DNA of 64,000 nt, taken from the NCBI GenBank assembly GCA_002633005.1, contig NMRA01000301.1:476382-540381 (forward strand), read 5' to 3'. This stretch comes from Phoronis australis (taxonomy: Eukaryota; Animalia; Phoronida). Position 1 is the stretch's first letter; each line of letters starts with the position of its first letter. Below are positions 40,201-52,200 of the stretch, piece by piece. The notes under the pieces were generated by a model. It made no database searches and had not been told where the DNA came from. It was given only the letters and a program-made list of their open reading frames with translations. The translations under genes were made by a program, and so were the position numbers.

Positions 40201-43200
40201 ATAATATATTCATATTTGCATCGTTCTCAGTCTATGACAATTATGCGATAACTGAGGGAGCAAAATGGAATGTACAAACAGAGAAATCACTACCAAATGA
40301 TGAAACACATCCAAAGAAAATGTGATTACATAGCCAGGAAGGACTACAACACAGACTTTTTCAACTAAAATTACAGCAATGACACCAAGAATAACAAATC
40401 ACTTAACATGCAAAATCCAAGAATATCCACAGAGACAAAAGCATACCATAAAACGTAACAGGTAACTAAAAGTTTATCGGCAATGGCCACAGATCTGATT
40501 TTGGGAAGTACAATCCTTATGCTAGAAATAGTGCCTAGAATCACCTATCATTGTTTTCAACCTTAAAAATATCAATTTAAAAGTCAAAGTTTCGTTTTGT
40601 TGACAATCATAATAACATTAAATCCAATACACTCTATGGTGCGAACAAGTTTCACTAAAAGATACCCTAAGTACAACCTGGTTATACGAGATGGAAATTA
40701 GAAAACTTAGACCTTTGACCATAAAAAAATTTTCTTTTTCCTTTACTGAACTTCATACACATATCTATAGGGCCTTTCATACTAACATCGATGCGTCAAA
40801 GTTTTTGGGAGTAAATGTCAGTATGAACGCTTAAACTTTGGTCCTGGAAGGAAGTTAACAGCATTAGTTAACTTCGTGCTAAACAGGTGGATTTAAGTGC
40901 ATTTTTCTGTGAAACCGCTTGAACAGTCAGTGAAAATTGGCAGGTGTGTTCTTGATCGGTAAATCACGGCTAACGGACAGGTTTCACTACTCTGGTGTCC
41001 CCTAGTGGGAGTTTTGTTTGTGTCTGCGACTACATCTCCTTAACCCTTTGCAACAACTTTGTGATATTTGGTTGACAACAGATGATGAAAAGTTTTAGAC
41101 CAATCCGATGGTTGGTGTTCCCCTGGCAGCAGTTATAATTTTTTACGTTTTCCTCTGTATTTTCAGAGTGCATTGATGAATTTTCATGAAAATCAGCATT
41201 CAGGTTTTTAATATATAGGCGATTATGGTATGCCATTTCTTTTCGGCTGATTCAATGGATACTAAGTCACCTTGTAGCCATTTTTGTTAGTTTTGCGTCT
41301 GTTTTCTTGTTTCTGTCTCTGTGTCTGCCATGTCGCTTAAAGGATCATTATTTCTTAAAATTTACAGCTGTGTTCCCGATGAGAAAGCCACAACTGACAT
41401 TGACATTATCGGACGGGTCCGACTACCGTGTGGCATTTTTTGCATCTGTGGTTGAATCTCCTTAACCCTTTGAAGGAGTTTTGAAATTTGAAAGATGTAT
41501 TCCTATGGAGCCGATGACAAATACCACTGTGCCCTCCAGTGGCAAAATGTTTTTACATTGGCTTCTGTTTCTTTGCAGTTGATTAATGTATTTTCATGAA
41601 GTTTAGCAAATAGGTTTCTATTAAGGATATGCCGAGTTCCTATTTTTGAACAGATTTGGTGTTTTCTGCACCACCTTGTGGCCATTTAAAATTTGTGCAT
41701 AATTATGTTTTTGATATCTGCCAAACCACTCAGAGGATCATTGTAAAAGTTGATGGTTGTGTTTCTGATACAAAAACCCCCGGCTCACTTTGATTCTCGG
41801 ATGTTTTTGACTGTTCTGGAGTCCCGTACTGGGGCTATTTTGCTTTTTTGCGTCTGCAGCTGTATCCTTAACCCTTTAAAGGATCTTCGTAAAATTTGAC
41901 AGATGGGCTCCTTTTCAGATGGCAACAGACGATGATGAGTTTCAGACCAATTTAAAAATAGCTGTGCCCCCTGGTGTCAATTGCTTTTTTATGCGCCCTC
42001 ATATTTATATGTGGATGCATTATGCCGTCATCTGCATTCGTCCGCGCGGCGTCCTGTGTCTGGTGTCTGGTGTCCGGCGTCCGCTGCTCTATCTCCAAAA
42101 CCATTTGACGTATGTTCATAAAATTTTGCACATGTGTTTCTTTCATTGATGGGACGGCATGAGCGAACTTTCACACGGATCCGACTACCAGTGTGCCCCC
42201 TAGTGGCAATTTTAGTTTTTTACGTTTACCTCTGTATCTTCAAAGGTCCTCGACGTATTTTCATAAAATTTGGTATATAGGCATTCATTAGTAAGACAAC
42301 GACATCATGCCGTTTTCGGATGGATTCAACATAGTTTGCGCCTTCTAGTGGCCATATTTGCTTTTTTTGAGTCTGTTTTTTGATATCCACCCCTCTATCA
42401 ACCAAACCGCTCAAAGTATGATAAAAATTGGCATGTATGTTACTACCATGAAGAAGACGGTGGACGATGATTTTCCGATGACTTCGACTACTATGGCGCC
42501 TCCTAGTGGCAGTTTTGTTGTTTTGCGCCTATGGCTATATCTCCTAAACCGTTTGTAGCATCTTTACTAAATTTAGTGCTGCAGCATTTGTATGATGTTG
42601 ACAATAGATGAAGACGACTTTCGGACAGATCAGACAACTGGTATGCCACCTAGTGGCAATTTTATTTTTTTATGTTTACCTCTGTATCTTCAAAGGTCCT
42701 CAACGTAATTTCATAAAATTTGGCTTCTGTTAGTGAGGTGATGCTATCTTTCCCTTTTCAGATGGATTTGACCTAGTTTGCACCACCTAGCGACCATTTT
42801 TACTGTTTTTGAATCTGTTTTTGGCGTCCACCCCTTTATCAACCAAACCACTTTCAGGATAATTGTGGAAATTGGCATGTATGTTTTTACTATGAAGTGG
42901 ATCGCTGACGATTTTCCAATGATTTCTACTACTGTGGCACCTCCTAGTGGCAGTTTCTTTTTTTGCGCCCATGGCTGTATCTCCTAAATCGTATGCGGGA
43001 TCTTTACTAAATTTAAGAAATGTGTTTATTTGATGTTGACAACGGACAACGATGATTTTGGGATGGATCTAACTACTCGTATGCCCCCTGTTGGAAATTT
43101 TAGTTTTTGTGTTTACCTCTGTATCAAGGTTCTCAACACATTTTCATAAAATTTTGAATACGGGCATCTATTGGTGAGATGACCCTATCCTCCCGTTTTC

Positions 43201-46200
43201 GGATGGAATCAAGGTACTTTGCACCACCTAGTGGCCCTTTTTCCTCTTTTCCAGGCTGTTTTTGGCATCTACCTCTCCATAAACCAAATCATTTCAAGGA
43301 TGGTTTTGGAAATTGGTGTATATGTTCTCAGTATGAAGAGGACGGTTGATGATGTCGACTTTGACTACTCTGCCGCTTCCTAGTGGTAATTTTGTTTTGT
43401 TTTGTGCCCATAGCTGCCTCTCCTAAACCCACTGCAGGATCTTTATTAAAATAATTTGATTTGCAAGTTTATTTATATGAAGCTAACAACAGAAAATGAC
43501 GACTTTCAGGCGGTTCAATGAACACTGCCCCCTAGTGGCAATTTCATTTTATTCTGTTTTCCTTGTTTCTCTGAAGTTCCATCACCTATTACTATGAAAT
43601 TTGGTATTTAGCTTTCTATTAAAGAAGCAGTGACATGTTCCCGATTTGGAACGGATTGTATGTTTTTGCACCATCTAGTGGCCATTTTTATGACACAAAT
43701 AAGCAACCCTAAAAGCACACCATTTGCGATACATTCGTTGGCGCATTTCAACGCTCTACGTTGCTCTTGTTACGGTTGCCTTTATATCTCTTAGGAGTTC
43801 CGTGGCTTATTTACATGAAATTGGCAAGTAGTTGTGTATTGCAGAGATGACGCCACCTTTGCAATTCAAATGAGTTTGATGCATTCGGATTCTGCGCCAT
43901 CTAATGGTCATTTTTATTATACTAACGTTCCTGGCTTGTTGCCATGCTGTTATTTTTGAATAACATTTATTTTTTCAGTTGTTACTCATCCCTAGTACAT
44001 TTTTACAACAGGAAGCAGTAGCAGAAGCATTTGAGTTAGAGACTGGCCGACGTAGCTCCCCTGACTGTTACTTCAACTCATTCCCTGCCGAGCTTGAGCA
44101 CAAACGTGACAGACTGGCTGCATATCTGGAGGAAGTTGGCATGGTGCCAATTATACCAGAAGGTGGTTACTTCATGATGGCTGATTACTCCAAAATGGGT
44201 GAGTTTGGTGGTACAGAGTGTGTATTGCCGTCATGTGTGTTCCGATTTGACTACAGTTTTTACCCTGAGTGGCAATTTTATTTTTTTACGTTAATTGCTT
44301 CTCAATCTTTGGAGCTCGTTGATAAATTTGTATGAAATTTAACAAATAGGTTTCTATTAAAATGATGGCGACACGTTCCCATTTCCTGACGGATTCAACG
44401 TATTCTGCACCACATGGTGGAAATCTTAAAAAATTGTGTACATTGTTGATGTCTACTTTCCTGTCTGCCAAATTACTTAATAGGCCATAGTCCCAGCCCT
44501 CTTTCATGTCTGTGGCTTCTTCAGGGGGTAGCGGGAACTTTGGATCAAATCCTTCTCCACATGTTCGACGGTCATTTTCAGGAAAGTTCCTAGTAAGAAT
44601 ACACTTGCACGCTTAGTAAGGATCTTAGTTTAAAAGTTGGAAAAAACGAGCCTCAAATATTTTGCTAGTTACTGGGTGGCAGTGCAGTATTATCAGAACA
44701 GCCAGTTAAATGACAGGAAAGTATTTTGTCCGAGCCATTTCTAAGATGTCTGCTTCTTGAATCATTTTGTGGTTCTCAAACCAAACAGGAGTTTTGTGCC
44801 ATCTGTGACACTGCTGAGAAGATAAATTATTGTATGAGTGCATGAATTATTGACACAGCAATAGAGTGCCAAGATTTCTGCCCGTTGTTACATTCAGATC
44901 CAGGATTCTGCTCACAATTCTGAATTTCTCTAATTTCCGGTATGGCCTGAATCCTGAATCCTGAGTCAAGGATTTTGCAAACAAGCATACTGTATTCGCC
45001 TTAGTAACCGCCCATACCCCTATAAGCGCGCCCCACGCATTTTCAGACTTTGCTAAAATAAGCGCCCGGTCCATGAACGTGTATGTGCGAAAAATGCCTT
45101 ACCTACAGTCCTAAAATTCTACAGTAACATCATCAATTTATCAATAATATCTTGACAGTCCTGAAAAAATCATTGTGCGCAGAATTTGTAGACCACGAGC
45201 CTCTATGTCGGTATTTAGGAACGACTATACACTTCAAACTTCCGCTTTGCCTCAAAACGAACACAAACGTCTTGCTAGGACCAATGGTCTGGCCTTTCAG
45301 AACAGATGTAGTGTACTTGTCTACGGGATTGCTTTGTAGATATTTCCGCTTTCAACAGGAATCCAAATTTCTTTGTACATGTGAAAACCGTGAATCGAAG
45401 ACTAATAAAAAGCTTAGCCAGTGTTAAAAGCACGTGGCCAGGAAATACGCTACATATCAAAGACATTAGTCGGGAACTATCCATTCATGAAACGAGTAGC
45501 ATAGCATTTGAAAGAAATGAATATTGGCACTAGTTTCCGACAGTTTCTAATACTACAAAAAATGTTTGCGTTATTTTTAAGATTAATTGTTTGCCTCATT
45601 ATACTCGGGCTCAAACATATACCCACTCACTGACTGACCATGAAAAAATTCCTCGTTACCACTGCTATGAACAATGTCTCACTACTGTCACTATGGTATG
45701 GGTTGCTGACTCCAGCCATTTTCAGGTTACTACAAACTAAACAATCCCTAAATCCAACGTAATTTGAGTTCTCTAACAACCTAGCTTGTCGTAGAATACT
45801 CGTCGATGGGAAGTGGTAGGGACATTTTTAGAAAAACAACACAAAAACAAAAGTAGTAAGTACAGATTCTCACAGTAAACCCAAAGTAGAACCAAATTGG
45901 TGCGAAATTCTTGCCTCCCAAAACGTCACTTCTGGAGTAGAGAACGAGTAATTAATTATATTACAAAAGTTGTAATTAAGTGAAAAATAGGTCTGGGATA
46001 ATCAACGAACCTTACTTTTGCTAAAGATGACACGAAAAATGGTTGCCTTCGCCTTTAACTATCTTAAAGATAAACCGTTGTCTATCAATCTGCAGTGAGA
46101 AAATCAAGAACTTGTCATGAATTGTAAATTGTAGGACTCTGCTATTGTTCCAGTTATTCAAGAAAAGCTACTAGACAGTCATTCCACCAGAAGATTTACT

Positions 46201-49200
46201 AATAGGCTCTGTAGTAAACATGTTAAAATTCATATTAATTACCTTTCAGCAGTTATTCTTGAGAGCCTTTGGTAGATTTGCGATGCACTGGGTGGGATCC
46301 CTGGTGTTCACCTGTGGTGGCAACTGACGGTTGCGTAACTCTACCTGATGGCTGTCACATGAATCAAGACATTTGCAGATGGCGGGTAACTCATAACCGC
46401 TATCTCTGTTTAACTCTGGCTTATTTCACATGATTGGAACCAATTCTCGGATTTTATAGTTTCAGTACTGACCCGCTCTTAAGTTAATACCTGTATCTTG
46501 ACTGGATTCACAAAAATTTTGTGTTGTAACCGTACAGAGTTCTCCTATTATTGCTGTAGGGTTGCCAGGTGACATTAATATTGTTCCTTTAGCCTGATTG
46601 CTGGATTCTAGGGAGGACAATCAAAAAGTATGTCACGGTGTTCCATATCTGCCTCCGTGTAAAACCCACGTCGGTAAATTACCCGATTTCAGACTTCAAA
46701 GTTAACTATAATACAATTTTGTGTTATAAATCGTTACCTTAGTCTTTATTTGTAAGTTTGTAATCTTTTTGTCTCAAATTATTGCTGATAAATCATTTTT
46801 TGTAAGCTTTTTTGTGCACGATTTTCCGCCATGCGATCAACTTTCGAAAAAGTACCTCTTGTTCCTCCTATCCAAAAGAGCACTATACTCTCAAATACAA
46901 ACATGAAATTTAGACAGGATGTAGTTTAGATGCGTGCGCATCTCCTCAAGTTGTTTTCTCGAAGTCAAGGCCAAGTTTTCATGGCGAGTTTTCGATCGTC
47001 CGGAAGGCCTAATTTTGGTCGGTCGGGAGATTGATGTGTTTCTAGTTGCGCAATATGCCCCCCCGATTTTTAGATGAGGAATTTATCACTCTTTTAATTG
47101 GTAATTATTTCATTTTCAGAAATTCTGTCAAACTGCTGCGCATTGGCACTTTTCAAACAGCAGTCGTTAGTTCACTAAGTCGCCGCATGTCAGCGCCACC
47201 AGCGGCTACGTTGAAGTTCAATGGCATCGCAACTTCACCGTTCGAAATAAAGTTGTTACAAAGTTTTTGTTGCGTAAATGATGAAATCCTTCATGTTAAA
47301 GGTGAAGGCAACCTTTTTCCATGTCATTTTGAACTAAAATAAGGTTGGTTGGTTATCCTAGACATATTTTCCACTTAATTACAGCTTTTCGTAATTTTAG
47401 TAATTACTCGTCCGCTACTCCAGAAGTGACGTTTTAGGAGGCAAGCATTTGATAAAGATGCTATGTGAGGATGTAGCGTCTGTTGAAAGGACTTATCAAC
47501 CAGGTATTGCCCATGTAGGCAGTACAATGCCATGTATATCCAAAAACAAAACTAAAAACCCTGTCCATCATTATGCCCATTGTGTGACTTGGGTTTAGTT
47601 AAATTCCAAACATGCGCTCCTTTCACACTTCCAGGTATCAAAATTGAAGATGATGGCTCCGGCGACCCTGCTGACTTCCAGTTTGTTCGTTGGTTGTGTA
47701 AAGATAAAAAACTTGCCACCATACCACCCAGTGCCTTTTATGGACAGGATCATAAATCACTGGCTACAAAGTTCATTCGTTTCTGCTTCTGCAAGGTAAG
47801 TCAAAACCTATAGCTGTTGTGATTAGTGGCAATTTTGTTTTTTGCACCCATGGCTTTATATCCTAAACCGTTTGCATGATCTTTGCTAAATTTAGCAAGT
47901 GTATTAATGTTTACAACAGATGATAACTGCTTTCGGACTGATCATAAGATACTGCAATCCCCCTTCATTAGTCATTCTTTGTGGTATTTCTCACCCGCGG
48001 TGTCTCACTGTGTATGTCTCCAGCTTATGCTCTATGGTGGCATTACTGCGTCATTTTATATTCACTTGAGAATGAAACAATGATGTTTTGAAATATCATG
48101 TACCTTTTAATTATGTTGCAGGTCAGTTACTTCATCTATGTTCCGTTGAGAGTAGAGTTTTATTTCGAAGATAAGAACGAAACGGAATAAAGACTGTCAA
48201 AAATGAAAACGTGACCAAATTGTGTTTGATAGAAATGTCTTGAGATAATATCTCAAAACTGCTGTTATGGTTTTCTAAATACTGACTTGATTTTATGCAA
48301 TTTTTAATTTTTATGAAAAATTAATACTTAAAAGCTACACTTTTGAAAAAATTAACTTACCTGGTTGCCGGTGCTAAAATTTTCTTTTATCCCATTATTT
48401 GGTTGCTAAATTTGTCAGGTTTGAGCTCCATGCTTTCTAGTGTCACCTATGTGGATAGGGTCATTTTTCGAACAGATCCGATTACTGGTGTGTCCCTTAG
48501 TGGCGATTTTAGTTTACCTCTGTATCTGCAGAGTTCTTTATTGGATTCTTATAAAATGTGGCAAGTAGATACAGGTATGTATAAGTGAGATGGTGCCACC
48601 TTTCTGTTTTTGGATGGATACAAGGCATTTTGTGCTTCTTAGTGGCCATTATCTGTTTTTGAGTCTGCTTTGACCTCCACCCCTCAGTCAACCAAACCAT
48701 GCTAAGGATGATTCTGAAAATTAGCATAAGTGTTCCTATTGTGAAGAGGGCAGCTGATAACGATTTTCATAATGCTCTGACTACTGTGGCACCTGGCAGT
48801 TTTATTTGAAAACAAACAATGACTTTCAAATGGATCAGTCTGCCGCTGTGCCCCTTACTGGCATATTTTGAATTCCCTCTATATATATATTTGAAGTTCC
48901 TCGATGGATTTTTATGAAATTTGGTTTCGACTAAGGTGGTGAAATCTTCCCATTTTCAGATGGTTTTGATGAAATGCTTGCCTGCTTAGCTATCAACAAA
49001 ACCACTTTAAGGATTTCAGAATTAAATAAATGTTCATAACCGGCTGTGTTACGTAGTATAGGGGGTTTAGTCAGGTTTGTTATGGAATTTTGTTGGAATA
49101 TGTTGGGGAATATGGAGACTATATATTTTTGGAAACCTCATGTAATGACAAATCAGAAAATCTGATTCCATTTTTGGCTGACATCTTGGTGGCCATCTTG

Positions 49201-52200
49201 GATTTTCAATAAATGGCGCCGGCAAAATGAATTTTGCCCAATATCTCCGCTTTTGGGTCACTTAGAATGTTGGTTTTTACGGCTACACCTTCATTTCTCA
49301 GATCAAGAAATTTTATAATTTTATTGGCCGCCAAGGTATTTAAAAATGGCGCCCGTAAAATACATTTTCCTCAGTATCTGCTCTTGGGTCACTTAGAATG
49401 TTAGTTTTAATGGGTGCACCCACATTTTTGTGGTCAAGAAATCTGAAAATGCAACTTATTAAATGAGAAAAATAATCAAAACCCCATTTATTACCAGCCA
49501 CATTCTCTAAATTAACTCTTCATGTAATACAACGCATGCCTTCAAGACACTTAAAGTAAACCAGTACCTAATCAACTTATTTAGGTTTGAAGAACACAAA
49601 AGTATTTTTTTTTAATGTGAATAGTCTTTCAAAACTTTGAAATCAGTCTATAGATCATTACCATAGCCATCACTGTCACCAGGAATCACATCATCATCAC
49701 CATTCTGACATTTTGCACTATACTGACATAGATCTTTGTAATGTAGGTCCTTTGATCGGCAAGAGCATCTTTAAGAAGAGCAATCGTTTTTGCACTAACC
49801 AAGTCAGTGAAACCCTCTGGCACCCGAAGCTCCTCAGTTGTGAGGGTTTCAGCTGGTCATATTTATCCTTGTAAATTCATTCTGCAATGGGTCAAGGAAC
49901 ACCTGTTGAGCAGTAACTGCCTGGCCCCACACTCTGGCTTGAATTAGCACCCTCAGCACATGCTGTTTCAAAGCACCAATGGTTGGTGGACATTTGTTGT
50001 TGTCAGCCATATGTTTACAAAAGAGGTACCACCTCAGCTCTGGGATGTTAATTGTGTCTATACCCTGTGGTGAGTATGCACATGTAAAAGGGGCGAATGT
50101 GAAAAGAGGTTCACCTGTTACTTCATAAGCAGTACGGAAAGTCTGCAGTGCATTGATATTATCAGTGTTTGCCTTCAAATATATATATAACACTGGTCCA
50201 CTGAATAATATTCAACCTACAGAGTGGACCAGTGTTGGCTGCCCAATGATGAGCACCAGTAAATCTATGTAAGGTGAAAAAACATAAGCTTGATTTGATG
50301 CCAGAACTGCATGAAGTGCAGTGTATTAGCAATATATCTGCTTTTTCATGATCATCGTTTTCTTCTAAGCGTAGATCACGCCAGTTGCTCTTTGTGCATC
50401 CTGAAGCTGAAGTAATGGCTATCTTGGCAGAGTTTTTACTATGTTCAAGTGTCTTTGCTGACAGATAATCAACAAGTTGAGCCTTTTTTGGTCATGAGAG
50501 AGGAAACGGCTCATTGGGATGTTCTGTATGTAATTCCCATGTCTTATCTGGTACTGTACTTGACCCTTTTTCTGCCTCCAATTGTGGTTCGTTTCAAAGT
50601 TCTTTGTGGGTGTCAAAAACCAGAATGATATCGCCATAACCTCTAGTTAAGAACATCACTTCAATACTATACACTCAATGCAGTTTTGTGGCTTGGATGA
50701 ACACACTCAGTGGATGTTTTTTACATGTTTTCTGGATCTAAAAGCTCTTTTGCAGCTTGTGGACTGTCCTGTTATAAGACATCTGCTTCAGAAAGTTTCT
50801 GCCGATTCAATTCGACTTGTCTGTACATGGCAGCATTGCCCCACTGACAGAAAAGATTGCTCTTGGTGTTAGGGTGAATTCATAGTGGCTGATACCATGT
50901 TTCTGGTCGATTTGCCCAGCAGGCTACAACTCCTGTTGTTCTCACCATTGATAATTGCTCAAATTATCTGCCATCCGACTGTCAAAAGCAATATGCATTC
51001 TCATTGAGTAGAGGGGACCTGGATTCCTAAGTGAACAGTGGAAATAATATCGATACTTCAAAAGCTTTGTCTCAAATTTCTTTTCAATAAGATGTAGATA
51101 TACATTGTAAGTAAAGGTTAATTTGCATTTCTGTGATTCCTTTAAATATTCTGGGGGTTTGTAGCTGCTATTAAAAATCATTTAGATTATATTATCGGTT
51201 TAGAAATAGTGTTTTTCATTTCCTTACCCCACAAAATGTGGGTGCAGCCATTAAAAGTAAGTAAACATTCTCAGTGACCAGACCAGTGAGCAGAGATACT
51301 GAGCAAAATGTATTTAAGGGGCACCATTTTTGAAATTTCAAGATGGCCGCCAAGATGGCCACCAAGATGACCACCAATAAAATTAGAATTTCCAATTCAT
51401 TGACCTCAGAACTGCATGTGTAGACATAAAAACTAACATTCTCGGTGATCCAAGGGCGGATATATTGGGCAAAATCTATTTTACCGTAAGCCATTTTTGA
51501 AACTCCAAGATGGCCACCAAGATGGCCACCAAAAATGGAATCAATTATTTTCTGATTCGTTATTCCATGAGGTTTCCAAAAATGTATAGTTTCCACTTTC
51601 CCCAAAATATTCCAAGTACGAATGTCAAAATTTGGACATAGTGAACCTGACTAGTTACCTATTGCCGACCTATTTGTATTTGGCCGATTTAACCAGTGTT
51701 TTATTCTCACTGTATGAAGACAGGACAGTATCGTAAACAAAAGTAATCGACAGTAGAAAGATGCCCTCCAAAAAGGCGCAACCACAATTTCTGTAATTCA
51801 CATTTCCTGAACATAAATTATAAGTACCCATTTGTCTGTACAACAGACCACATTTACACTTGCTCCATCAGTCGTGCCAGTTTGTTTGCATAAAGCGCTG
51901 CCTGTTGAGAATTCGACCAGCTAATAAGAAACGCCGGTTTAAAAATTTTTCTGAGGAAAATTAAGTGATACCTGCGTGCTGGCTACCACCTAGCGGCATG
52001 CAGGGAACCAGCGAGGATTCCTGTTGAGGAAGAAGATCCTTACGGGAATACAATACAATCCCATTGACAAGTACCCTGTGTCTTTTCTGAAAGGCCTGGC
52101 CATTATGGGCCACGTTCCTCACAAGATGAGCAACACCTTTACGTTCTTTTTGAAGCACTGCGGAAGTTTGAAAGTATAGTCACAGCTAAATACCGACATA

